Below are positions 10,896 to 22,834 of a stretch of DNA of 64,000 nt, piece after piece. Below the pieces are notes generated by a model, which was not told the origin of the DNA, made no database searches, and was given only the letters and a program-made list of their open reading frames with translations. Each line of letters begins with the position of its first letter. Positions within the stretch are counted from its first letter, which is position 1. This stretch comes from Marsupella aquatica (Eukaryota; Plantae; Marchantiophyta), in contig OZ316893.1 of assembly GCA_973895155.1 (NCBI GenBank), positions 8,146,963 to 8,210,962 of the forward strand. The letters run 5' to 3'. The translations under genes were made by a program, and so were the position numbers.

Positions 10896-13800
10896 ATGGT
10901 TATTCACGGAGGAGGACCAGGTTTGATAGTTCCGAGGAAGCGTGTGGAACTGGTTGATGCAATGTTGCTACAGGAAGATAACAGCATTATCAGTTGGAAC
11001 AATAAGGCTACAGGAGCGTCACGGGAGGAAGAGTTCCAAACCTCTGAATTATCGAATTCTCCTGTGGACAGGGCTTGTAGCCCTCCTTTAAGAAGCGGTG
11101 ATGATTTGGATTGTGATTCCGACGAAGGGTTATACGTCGGGACGGACGAGTATGGCAGCTATAGCCAAGTTGGAGGTTACAAGTTGGAGTTTGGTGCTTC
11201 CCATGAACGTGCTACTGAAAGGCAGGATATGGAGGGCGTCGAAGAAGAGGTTGCTGACTCTGAACTGCCAGGAGTACATCTTGCCAGTGTGGCAGACGAG
11301 TATGCGGTTGACATGGGATTTGATGAACTTCAGGATTTGATTCCTGCTTTGGTCAGTTGTTATTAGCCCCAGTAGTTAGCATCTATTAATTCTCTCCGTA
11401 CCTCGATTCGAATCGGATGTGGTTACATATATTTTGTGGGACAACTTTCCTCAATGAATGAACCAATGAATCAAGTAATGCATCTTTTCAATGCCAAATC
11501 TCTTGGGATGGATGCTTTGTATTGTTAAGCCTCCTTTCAGCACGGTAATTGTGCGGGTAGCAGATTTACTATGATTGGTGCAAAGTAGTTGACATGAGGT
11601 GCATTCCATCTGGGGGTGGACAAAGTTATTCTCTATTAGAGACTAAAACGGTGACTGACTGAATTAATAAGTGACGAACTCTTGGAATTCTTTCAAGGTC
11701 CCAAATCTTGTGGCAGGGCCCGTCGTTCTGGTGTTCGACCTACAATACCTTCTCTTCTGTGCTTGTGCAATAGTTCAATTTTGAAGGTAGCAGATAATTA
11801 TTTAATAAGTTCGATACATGATGTGTTCTCTCTCTCACTTCAGAGATTTATTGTTTATTAATTTTCTTGTCTGAATTTTGCAGGCGGAGGATAAACGGCC
11901 TCTAACAGAGGAATTTGGACCGTCTCAGGCGAGACCTGATCTTGAGTTGATAAGTGCGTCCGGATTCAATCAACAGGTCATGGCACCTTTCACTCATCGT
12001 ATTGATGAGAAGGACAGAGTTTTTCTTACTCCTAACGAGCAAGAGCAAGAGGGTTTAAGACGACTAGCCCAGCAGATGGATGCTGATGATGATGAAGTAT
12101 TGTTCATTGGTCCCTCGTCCACGCAAGAATCGTCACATTCCCATTTCACCACACACAACTTCATGCTGCCCACTATACCTCAAGCTCCACAATCAGGCAT
12201 TCTCGGGAACTTTGAGGTCAACAGCTTCAGTTTCGATTTCAGTTCATACGAGGGCTCTCGGCATTCAGCTCCGGCCGTATTACATACAGGTGGATTTCGA
12301 ATTTGGCAACTCCCATCCCTCTATTATTAAATTACAAATCGTAGCGATGGAAGCCACAATGATCAATTTGTCGAGAGAGATACTAGATGGGCCCCTTAAT
12401 TGAGAAGTGTTACTTAATGGACCCTATGAGGCCCCATGAGATTTTAGGACCGTTGATTTAAGGTCTATCAAGGGTATGGATCACTCATGGGATCCATCAA
12501 GTAAAGCTTTGCATTTTGGTGGTCCATCAAGAATATCTCTCTCAATTTGTCTTTCTGCAGATCCTGTTCTCTTTCTCTCCAGAATTTTGCTACTCTGCGG
12601 GGGATGCCCTTTTCTTTGTGGATTCCATTAGAATTACACTTGGTACGTGTTGCTCCTATTAAAGTGGGTTTGTCTTAAATCTTTAGGGCAACATGAGACT
12701 TTTTATTATCATCAGACATCTTACAGTGCTAATGGACTGCAGGCAACGAAGCTTGTGAAAACGATGTTGGAAGCACACTCCATCTATCAACCCTGGATAA
12801 TGATTTGGAGGAACAGAGCTCTAGGCAGGGGGTGTTTGGGAATACTACGAGGGCTTTCGAGCACTCACTTTCCTTGCAACCATTTTCAAACATTGACCAC
12901 GACAGGCCCAGCCAGACATCTGGGTCAGTTTTAGCTTCCGAAGTGAAGCTTATAGGGAGTAGTCATACGGTGGACAGCGCAACGATGGCTAGAACCTCAA
13001 GTGCTGGTATTGCAAGGCAGAAACAAGTGAGTGCCGGCAAAGGTAATAATCACATTATTTCATTAAGTAGCAGTGACAGCGATAGTGATCGTGATAGTGG
13101 TATTGATGAACTGGAGTTCATAGCATATCCGGGGCAGCCAGGAGGAATGTTCAAGCGCAGGGCACAAGATACTTTGGCAGCGTTCATCAAGAAGAGACCA
13201 AACATTCAAATAGGTAGCTCGCAGGATGCAATATGGAACATTCATGATTACAAAACATTGAAGTCACAGTGCAAGCAGGTACCATATCAGTGGAATCCAC
13301 CTGGTGGTCTACAAATTCCGTCGCGTGATTGTTCTGGGTTATACTTAGATCCCCTTAGAAGTTCGGGTGGTGGGGGAAGCATTCAATATTCAAAAAGCTC
13401 TGTAGAGTCCAATACGAACAGAGCAATGCAGTCGATTGTACCCTACGATTTGAATATGAGGAAGAACCTACAAGGTCCTCGGGCAGGTCCCACAACAGCA
13501 GACGCAATCATGAAGGTATATTCGTGCTCCAGATCATTCAGTTCTGTTTTTGGGAAAATTACGGGTTTCTCTTAGAGAGAAAGTTTTTGCACTAGCCATT
13601 CTGGTTGATTTCGGTGGAACTTGGATGACAGGATACTCTGGCTGGAAATAACAAAGAGGAAGATCTTCCACCTGAAGGCCATTTGGCTGTCCCTCTTCTT
13701 AAGCATCAAGTAAGTTCCTCATTACCATGTTTAGTATGAGTTGCCAAACGACTCTGTTGTAAGGAGAATGTCGCTTAGACTATGCACCGGAAACTGGTTC

Positions 13801-16800
13801 TTGTTGAAGGCCAGTTGTAGGATGTAACATCACTTGCAACTTTCTAATCTCTAACCAGTTCTGGGCCGATATTCAAAACTTCTTTGTAGTCAAGCGTAAA
13901 ATATCTAGTGCAAGTCAAATCCACCACGACCGGATGTATGAGGTATTGGTCTTACTAGCTGGTCGACGCTGGTTTGACACTCAGGCAATAGTCAGGTTTA
14001 GCATCTATGTCAGTTTCTGCTGCCACTGGTCTGAGGTTGCTGAAAGTTGTTAGACAAAACAAAGTGAAGCTCAGATCATTTTCGCCTGCCGCAACCATGG
14101 ACTTCCCTTGACTATAGCACTTATGAAGTGCTTCAATTGTAACATTTAACTCAAAAACCTGACCTCGTATATTCTAGAGAGTGGCGCTGGCATGGATGAA
14201 GAAGCGAGAGCTCGAAGGCAGAATCCCAGGCCCAGATGGGAAACCGGGGATCTTGCAAGGGGGGATTTTGGCAGATGACCAGGTATAGTATTGATCCTTA
14301 CACATCGCGATGTTTAACTCATGGCAGTGTAAACGAAATGTAGCACAGTGGAGCATTAATTTCTTCTCTGATGGCAAGGAAATGCAGTAGTACTCCATTT
14401 TGCACCTCTGCCGAAAGCATACAACAAAGTTTACTTGTGCCGGTTAGTACAGAGCCTGAACAATAGTTGATGACAAAGGCATCATAGAATGTTGTGTATA
14501 TATTGTTTGAATTCTATCTCATCTCTGCACTGTGTTTTGACAGGGTCTCGGCAAGACAATTTCTACTATTTCTCTGATTCTGAAGGAAAGGGCACCGATA
14601 AAGAAGACTTCTTCCGAAGTTTTGTGTGTAGATGTGCTCGATGATGATGATGACGCTCGTGTCGCTGGAAGACCACCTACGGGTCCGCCATCCACTTCTG
14701 AGAAGCAAGACAAGAGTTTGTCATTGGAACTCAGCAATTCTGGAACAGCTTCAAGTGCACAGAATGCCCAGGCTGATGTCGTGACAGTGTCCAGCAAGTT
14801 CAGGCCAGCCGCTGGTACTCTTATTGTGTGCCCTACAAGCGTTTTGAGACAGTGGGCAACTGAGATCAAAGAGAAGGTCACGGAAAAGGCCGGGTTGTCC
14901 GTACTGATATACCACGGTAGCAACAGGACCAAAGATCCAAATGAACTTGTCAAGTATGATGTTGTTCTTACCACGTATTCGATTGTTAGTATGGAGGTTC
15001 CTAAACAGCCACTGCCAGAGGAGAAGGATAACGAAAGGAGATCCTTTCATGGTGGTGAAAATGATCAATCCTTGCCCCCTGGCCGTATGGCCTCGAAGTC
15101 CAAAAAACCGAAAAAAGACAATGGGAAGAAGGGTCGAGGAAACGGAAAAGGAAGGCTTGTCGAAGGAGAGAATGGGTCTGTTGACTCAGGTCCTTTAGCA
15201 AGGGTAAATTGGTTTAGAGTTGTTCTGGATGAGGCCCAAAGTATAAAGAATGCTAGGACACAGGGTGCCCGGGCCGCATGGGGTCTAAGAAGCAAAAGGA
15301 GATGGTGTCTAAGTGGGACCCCTATTCAGAATGCCATTGATGATTTATACAGTTATTTCCGCTTTCTGAGATATTCTCCTTTTGATTCTTACAAGAAGTT
15401 CCGTGAATTGATCAAAGAACCAGTAACTCGGACTCCCACTCAGGGTTATGCAAATTTACTCAGGTTACTTACTCCGGTCATGTTGAGACGCACAAAAGGT
15501 AAATTAACTGTTGTCATATTCCTTTCTTTTCCGAGTCATTCTTATCAAGGTCAGTCAACACAACTCGTGTTTCAGTTTCGAGACCGATCATGTTTTTATG
15601 CTGCTTCTGTAGTCGTCTATACGGAGTACTGTTGTAGTTTTTGTCGTACATCCTGGAAATTATGGATTTTCTAGTTATGGCTGACATTTGCCACGTGTTC
15701 AATTATGTCTTCTTGTGATAGTCTCGAATTGGTAAAGTTGCCATAGATCTTGATTCTTAGACCTGTAGTCTTACCTCTGGCTCGAAGACTTCCCTTTCCT
15801 GTATTGGAATCTTTCTAGATGTACAAACGACACACTTTGTCTTGGAGTTCATGGGTGGTTTTCCTAAAATACTTTTTTAATCTGCCAATTCCTAGCATAA
15901 CCAGGTGACTCCTTCTCCATAGTTGTTGTGTGTCCTTGAATAAATCTGTGCTTGATGCTTTTTTCTAAGATTGAAACTCATATCCTCACTGTGTGCAGCT
16001 TCTAAGATTGACGGGCAACCAATTGTGAAATTACCTGAAAGGATTGTTAAGCTAAAGCAGGCGGAATTTAGTGATGAAGAGCGTGCTTTCTACAACGATC
16101 TGGAAAATGAGTCTCGGAAACAGTTCCAGGTATTGGACTTTAGTCCATTATTCACGTAGAGGAATTACTGCGACGACATCATGTAATTCGTAAAGTGAAT
16201 CTGGAGCGGAATAGAGGCATCTATTTGCGTCCAATTGTCCTCCTTCGTTGTGATTATAATTAGCTCGACCACCGTCATCTTATGTATTATATTGGTGTAA
16301 CTTGCTATGTGTCTTCCTGAATTCGGTGCAGGACTACGCTGCAGCTGGGACCTTGCAGAGCAACTATGTAAATATCTTATGGATGCTTCTGCGGTTACGC
16401 CAAGCTTGTGATCATCCTCTTCTGGTCAAAGGTCACCACTATCAGAGTACGCAAAAAGTTAGTTTGGACTCAGCAAAGAACCTGTCTGTGGAGAAACGGC
16501 AGCACCTGTTGTCTCTTCTGGAAGGAAACAGGGACATATGTTCTATCTGCAGTGTAAGACTCATCTTTCTTTCGTGTGGATGCATTCTGCAGATTGTGAT
16601 AGAATTCTTAGTTCATATCTGCGATTGAAATCTGGTTTTGTTTATTGTATTGATGAGATGCGAAGTTGGATGGGACGTTTGTTGCCAGCTGCGTGTGTAG
16701 TATTTGACATTGCTAATACAGGTCCTGGTAGGGCTGCTTATTGATGACGATTGCATCGGAGTGGTTCATACAGATCATTGTCCATATCTTATTGCTCGCC

Positions 16801-18597
16801 TCCTTTGGTTTCTTCAAACATATCTTTCATGTTTGGATGCATTTGGTGTATGTGCGATGGTCCAGTGGTCTCGAAGTCCCACCTGTATATACAAGCTTGT
16901 TTTTGATCATTTTCACACTGGTTTCAGTTGTAACCCACCTTTTTAAAAGTAAGTATCTTGTTGTGCAGGATATTCCGGATGAGGCTGTGGTTTGTGTCTG
17001 TACGCACATTTTTTGTAGACAATGTATCTGGGAACAACTGGCCACTGGAGATGACCCCTGCTGTCCAGTTCCTAAATGTAGGAAGTCCTTGAACACATCC
17101 TTGGTGTTTACTTTGGCTTCGTTGAAGAGTTGTGAGGGAGGTGAGGGAATCAGCGGGGAAATCTCGTTGCTTGAAGGAGCCTTGCAGACGGAGGCCCGTA
17201 GTACCGGATATGTGGGTTGGAAATCTTCCTCAAAGATCGATGCTGTGATAAGTACACTTAACGCTCTTCCACCAGTGTCAGTAGTCGAGTTACAGGAGGA
17301 GCTTGTAGCTCAAATCAGCGGAGATATTGATGTTCCAAAGCTTCAAGGCGCGACCGTGATGGCGATAGCCAAACAGGAGCTACCCTCTGCGGCTTCCCTT
17401 GCGAAAGATGAACCATTAATGGTAGCTAAAACGGAGGCAGCTTTAGCAAGCTCTGAAAGTATCCTGGATGTGCCATGCCATGAACTTTCTGTAAAGAATG
17501 AAAGCTTTGTCTCAGGTCAAGAAGTGATGGTAAACAAAACTGGAGCAGTGAAGCAGGAAAGCTTTGTCTCAGGTGAAGAAGTGATGGTAAGCAAAACTGG
17601 AGCTGTGAAGCATGAAAACTTTGTCGCAGTTCAAGAAGTGATGGTAAGCAAAACTGGGACCGTCGACTGTCGTGGTGATAAGACTGGTCAGCAAGATGCA
17701 GTTTCATCTGCTCTCACGACAAAAAAGAAAGTATTGACAGAAAAAGCAATCGTTTTCTCACAATGGACAAGTATGCTGGACTTGGTGGAAGAAAAACTCA
17801 AGGAGGAGAACTTCAATTACAGAAGGCTGGATGGTACAATGTCAGTCCTGCAAAGAGATCGTTCCGTCTTTGAGTTCAAGACATTGCCAGAGGTGCGGAT
17901 ACATCAGTGCATTTTCTTTGGCAAGGATTGTGAATATTGTATTCATTTTGATTAGACAGCCCATGGTGTTACAGTAGGGTACTACGACAGCTTCAGGGGA
18001 AAGTTTAGCTATCTGCTGTTGGTGACCCGAAAGTTGTGACTCATAATGCCATAGTGAATCGGTTATTTCATCAGCGTTAAAGAAGATTTTGGTTCTGAAG
18101 GGAGGTTTTCTTGCAGGTGAATGTAATAATTATGTCGTTGAAGGCTGCCAGTTTGGGTTTGAACATGGTTGCTGCATGCCATGTTCTTCTATTGGATGTA
18201 TGGTGGAACCCTACCACAGAAGATCAAGCCATAGATCGAGCTCATCGAATTGGCCAGACTCGACCTGTCAACGTGTCACGGTTTACTGTCAGGAATACTA
18301 TCGAGGACCGGATTTTGGAATTGCAGGTAATTGAACTCTTTTATTCTGTGGATATGATAGTGTTTGTGAGGGATGTAGTAATAGAATACTTGCATTATTG
18401 ACTTTTTAAAGATGAACTTACTCGAGCAGTTGTTTAGACATTGGTTCGATCCATTTCTCTTACTCTCTGCCTAACAGGAAAAAAAGCGGCACATGGTTGC
18501 TGCGGCTTTTGGTGAAAGTCAAGGCGGAGGAAATGGCCGTCTCTCAACTGCTGAAATGGATTATCTCTTCAACGGACAAGACAGACCTTTCAGTTAA
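10896..18597 (+). CDS. SNF2-RING-helicase of RAD5/RAD16-like clade (CHR27/CHR28 = FRG-like; related to yeast Uls1/Ris1); exons ~10896-11351, 11884-12289, 12743-13515, 13632-13709, 14178-14282, 14544-15498, 15999-16129, 16332-16553, 16969-17892, 18117-18326, 18478-18597
   Basis: LAVPLLKHQ|[15 protein letters not shown]|GLGKT (Walker A), [47 protein letters not shown] (CSIC...CTHIFCRQC...CPVPKC), [40 protein letters not shown]. Start codon and N-terminal exons are less certain. Confidence 0.92.
12373..12543. mobile_element. 171-bp MITE (Mutator- or hAT-like) in a SNF2 intron
   Basis: 8-bp TSD aatttgtc at 12365-12372 and 12544-12551. TIRs gagagagatac.../...aatatctctctc extend imperfectly for ~60 bp (ttacttaatggaccctatgag vs ctcatgggatccatcaagtaa). 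Confidence 0.85.
17491..17661 (+). repeat. Coding tandem repeat 57 nt (19 aa) x3 between RING and helicase C-terminal domain
   Basis: [19 protein letters not shown] / [19 protein letters not shown] / [19 protein letters not shown]. Confidence 0.9.
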
Positions 18598-20729
18598 TGG
18601 CGATTGGAAGCAGATGTAAGAACACATTTTTTGAGGTACAGACATAAAGTCTCTCAGATCTTGTATCGTCCTGACATTGCCCCATTACTATCGGCAGGGT
18701 TTCTATTATGCTCCAGGCAGATTCTATGAGCGGAATTTTGGGGTTGAAACCAGTCAACCCAGTGCATTTTACCGAGTCTTGTTTCTAAGCAGGTGATCAA
18801 TTTACATTGCACGGCCACAGTAGGTGTAGAAATAGGTTACTCATAGCAATGACACAATATTTTTGTGAAAGATGATGTGCCGTCCTCTCCAATGTTTCCT
18901 TAATACAAGTGAATTTTTGGAGACCCTGTGTTGTGCATGGTAAGGGCTTCTACCTTCGAATCCTGCTGCCTTCTAGAGAGGTAAGCCGAATTGCAGATGT
19001 CCGGACCAAACGCTACCTTGTATTTACTGGTTATGAGTGGACCATGAGCACCGATGTTTCATTTGTCCACATTTTCCAACGGGAACGAAGACCTCGCAAC
19101 CTGCCTGGAACGTAGACATTGGGGCATTCTCTCCCTATGCTTCTTCGCCAACGTCAGACGAAAAATGCTCGGAAAATGAAAAAACAAGGCAAGAATGGGA
19201 ATTCCGTTTCTCAATTTGTGAATCATATCATACTCAACCAGAACCATTCTCAATCTATCTACGAGCAGAGTTTATGAGTCTCTTTGTCGGAGTTGCGAGT
19301 TGGATTTGGAGGGTGGGAGGAACGACCTACCCGTCGTGAACTTGGACGCTCAGTAGTATGGATTTATTAAACCACAGCTCGTAGGAGTAAAGAAAAGACT
19401 CCCTGGCCCAGCCTGTACACTCTGCACTCTTGCCCAACTGAAGTGGGCCCTCCCTCTCCCAGTGATCGAAAACAAGAGAGAGGCCCTTAGGACACAAGGT
19501 TCTTAATCCCATGAGTTACTCGACACTCCCATCAGTTGCTATCAGCTCCCTGAACGAGAATATGCTCACAAGCACTCCCATAAGCCAAATTTACTCGTGG
19601 GCAACCTTAGTCACATTCTCAACTTGTGGGCCTTTTGGAGTCATCTCAACAGCCTCGCTGCCTGGTAGGAAGGTCCGTATGCAAACTACTCATGGGGTGC
19701 AACTAATATCTGATACCGACGATCGATAATTAGTGGGGTGGTGACTCGATTGGGAAAAGCTGGCACGTTGCTGCATCGAGTTTGAGGGTGAACAAGTGTG
19801 TTTTTCCAAGCGCATTCCATATTCTTCATTCAAGATGCACCGATCAAAGAAGAGTGAGTTGCAAGATTTCCATAGTGCCGTAGGAGGTTTGTCATATCAT
19901 CGGGATGCCGGGCTATTATTGACCATAATGCTCGTGTAACAGCACCTTAATACACTTAAGGCCTAGCCTAATAGATTTTTATTTTCACTAATCCAGACAA
20001 AATATAGCTGTCTGTCGAATTTGTTAGCAGGAATTGAAAACCGATGTCAAATTCTACAGTAGTATTCGGATACGAGATGTTATATTACGTCATGAATTAG
20101 AAACAGCTACAGTGAATAGATGGGGAGATTTTTGTTGGCTCATGTAGCGAAATTTTAGATTTGATGGAAATGAAATGTCTTGTTCGTGACCAAGACAATG
20201 AGCTAATCAAGACACAGAAGTTTTCTCGGTGCCAAACGATGTCAAAAATGTTCATTGTTCCAACTTCTGCGCTGTTCTTGAGATCGGGCAATTTTTTACA
20301 CCACAATCATTTCAGAAAAAACATTTCTTTGCGTAGGCTTGATGTATGTGTTGCTCCAGTCACCGAGACCTGTGAGCTGATGGTTCGTAAATGATTGTAC
20401 ACATCATTCTGTCGTTCTATAATGAGAAATTAAGGTGTGAAAGTATACTGAGGGTCTAAAGTAATTTTGCACTATTGAAGTTGGAATCTGACAATCTGTG
20501 GTTCTTTTAAAATTCCGTATCGAAATAAACTTGAAATCTTCCATTCTCGAGGTCTGCTTCGGCACTCAAAATCAGCTTCAGCGAGTTAGATAGAATGATT
20601 GATCTGGGAGCTGTACGTGTGGAGGTGTTTGCTATTAGAGGAGACTAAATTCTAAACTCTGAGGAGATGAATTGTCCAATTCGTTGAAACGGTACTGAAC
20701 AGAACTGAACTGAACTGAACTGAAGTTAA

Positions 20730-22235
20730 TTAGAAAAGGGGATACGGAGAATAGACGCATGAATCGCCTTGACTGGAAAAAACGAAAGGCTCTGCGCACT
20801 GCTGATCGATGCCCAACGCTTGTATGACACCGAAGAACTTGTCCAAAACGGTTTGGTTGAGCGTGGGCTGCCTGGACAGAATGACAAGCGGCTGCTGAAC
20901 ACCACCGGCGGGGAGCTCCTGGCATCCATAGACCAGCGCCGCATCGTACCCGGTCTCTGGCTTCCCCTCCGCCGCAAGAATCCAGTACTTGCCCGCAGAA
21001 GTCGAAGACCACGGCGAAGAAGAATTCCATGCATTGCTCAGATCCATACTACTGTTTTTCGTCGGGTCCGGAATCGCAGTGGCGGCGGGGACGTCCTGCG
21101 GGTTGTAGTAGAAGGAATTGATGACGAGTCGCCCATAATGATTTCCAATGACGGGAGTCGCTTGGCCCTGGAGAAATGGCGTCGGTCCAGACGGGCCCGT
21201 CAGGTCTTCACTCAGCAGGGAGGTCGATTCTGCGGCTCCAACGAGAGAGGCCTTGATGACGGCCAGCGGGCCATGGATGCTCTCCTCCGCAGTCTGGATG
21301 AGGGCTGCGGCCTTGAAGAGCTGCAGGGACGCTCGCTCGGTCGTCACTGACGAGTTCTCCCCGAACACAAAGGTCTCGGCATTAGAAAAGCCGAATAGCA
21401 GTCCGGCGATTTTGGAGACCTGAAGCCTTGCCATGCTGATGTCGTGCAGGGCCGCTATGATGTCCTCCGCACCAGCACTGCTCTCCCGAGCAAGGTCGGT
21501 CAGGGAAAACGCGCTCTCCGCCTGATCGCCCTGCGCTTGGCTGAGGTTGGAGTTGATCAATTGGAGCTGAGAGATGTTCGATGAGAGAATCTCCACCGTC
21601 TCGTTGATTCTCTGGACAGCGTCATCGATTTGGAGCTTGGCCCTCACTAGACCGTCGCCTTCGAGGGAGAAATTCGGCACAATCTTGCTCGCGAGATTGT
21701 CGATCAGCGAGAGGCCCCGGAAGAGGTCCCCGTGCGCGTGCGTCTGCTTGCAGATGTGGCGCGCTTGTTGGCACACCTCGCCCGCTCGCAGCGAGATCCC
21801 TTGCACCACGGCTGATGCAATCGGCCCGATCTGTCTGCTGAAGCTGTTGACGACGCTCAGGGCGGCGGAGTTGGATGTCGACGACAATTTGTTGCCTGGG
21901 CCTGCAGGAGCTAGCATGGTGGTGACAGTATTCGCGACCACCTTATAGTCTGCAGTCACGCAAGTGCCTCCGGCCTCCTCCACGTTCTTGAAGTAGCCAT
22001 TGCTCCCGATTTCGTACCAGCGGCCTCCATAAGCGGTGATGTTGAACTGATCGAAGGTCTGGAGGTCGGGGCAGTACGTGCGCGACAGCGTGTTGAGGCA
22101 GAATGAATCGCAGCTGCCGAGCCAGAACGATCTCTGGAGCACGAGAAGAGCGAGCAGCATTTTCATCGATGATGCCGATAGAGATAATTGACACGACGAC
22201 GATGAAGCCATTCTGAAATTCCCCATGATGGACAT
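20730..22235 (-). CDS. Intronless secreted apolipoprotein-D-like lipocalin with a ~220-aa helical insertion (true start may be the downstream Met of MKMLLALL)
   Basis: Signal-like MKMLLALLVLQRSFWLGSC; CPDLQTFDQFNITAYGGRWYEIG (SCR1), CVTADY, LSVVNS, [insert], LQGQATPV, KYWILA...YDAALVYGC (SCR2), LVILSRQPTL (SCR3), C-terminal Cys; 501-codon GC-rich ORF. Confidence 0.82.
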   Translation of the reverse strand: MSIMGNFRMASSSSCQLSLSASSMKMLLALLVLQRSFWLGSCDSFCLNTLSRTYCPDLQTFDQFNITAYGGRWYEIGSNGYFKNVEEAGGTCVTADYKVVANTVTTMLAPAGPGNKLSSTSNSAALSVVNSFSRQIGPIASAVVQGISLRAGEVCQQARHICKQTHAHGDLFRGLSLIDNLASKIVPNFSLEGDGLVRAKLQIDDAVQRINETVEILSSNISQLQLINSNLSQAQGDQAESAFSLTDLARESSAGAEDIIAALHDISMARLQVSKIAGLLFGFSNAETFVFGENSSVTTERASLQLFKAAALIQTAEESIHGPLAVIKASLVGAAESTSLLSEDLTGPSGPTPFLQGQATPVIGNHYGRLVINSFYYNPQDVPAATAIPDPTKNSSMDLSNAWNSSSPWSSTSAGKYWILAAEGKPETGYDAALVYGCQELPAGGVQQPLVILSRQPTLNQTVLDKFFGVIQALGIDQQCAEPFVFSSQGDSCVYSPYPLF

Positions 22236-22834
22236 ATAATTTATATGGATCGATTTCCTTCCGATCGATCGGAGATTTCAAGTTATTTCTGTCTGTAAAG
22301 AAATTTACGTGTCGGGAGCGCTAGTGTATGTTAATCGACAGCTTACTATCGATCAATTCATTCCACAGCTCGATTCTCTTGAGTTCCAATTAATGACACG
22401 GGCAATTTATCCCAAGTTGGCACAAAAGTGCTTCTTTTCTCGTTAATTTCTCTTCTCTCAAGATCTTAGTCCTTGCATGTGAAAGAAAGGCGTTTCTCTT
22501 GGATTTGGATTTGAGAATGCACGGAAAGACGAATCTAAGGTAGAAAAGCTTCTGATCAATAAATGACGAATGATCAATGAATCAATGGTATGAGTGTCGA
22601 AGTAGAACATCGAGAGCTTGAAGGCTGGATCACGAGCACATGAGAGCAACACGTCAATTTGAACAGCTTCACGAGCGAGAGAGACGATTTTCTGTTGACA
22701 AGGCACCGAAAGAACGAAATGAAGCGAACAGGTGCGACGATCGAAACGGTGCACAGAACGAGCCAATCATAGGACAAATAGAAAACCAATTTATTTGCAC
22801 GTGCCCAACCATTAGCATTGGACATTATTTTAAT

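Noticed and set aside
19327-19735. Possible LTR/TRIM remnant (PBS-like ctgataccg at ~19710; gactaaggtt shared with ~52995)
   Set aside because: Matches too short; no paired LTRs or TSD
20769-21948. Plus-strand ORFs of 193, 91 and 124 aa
   Set aside because: Shadow ORFs antisense to the GC-rich lipocalin CDS
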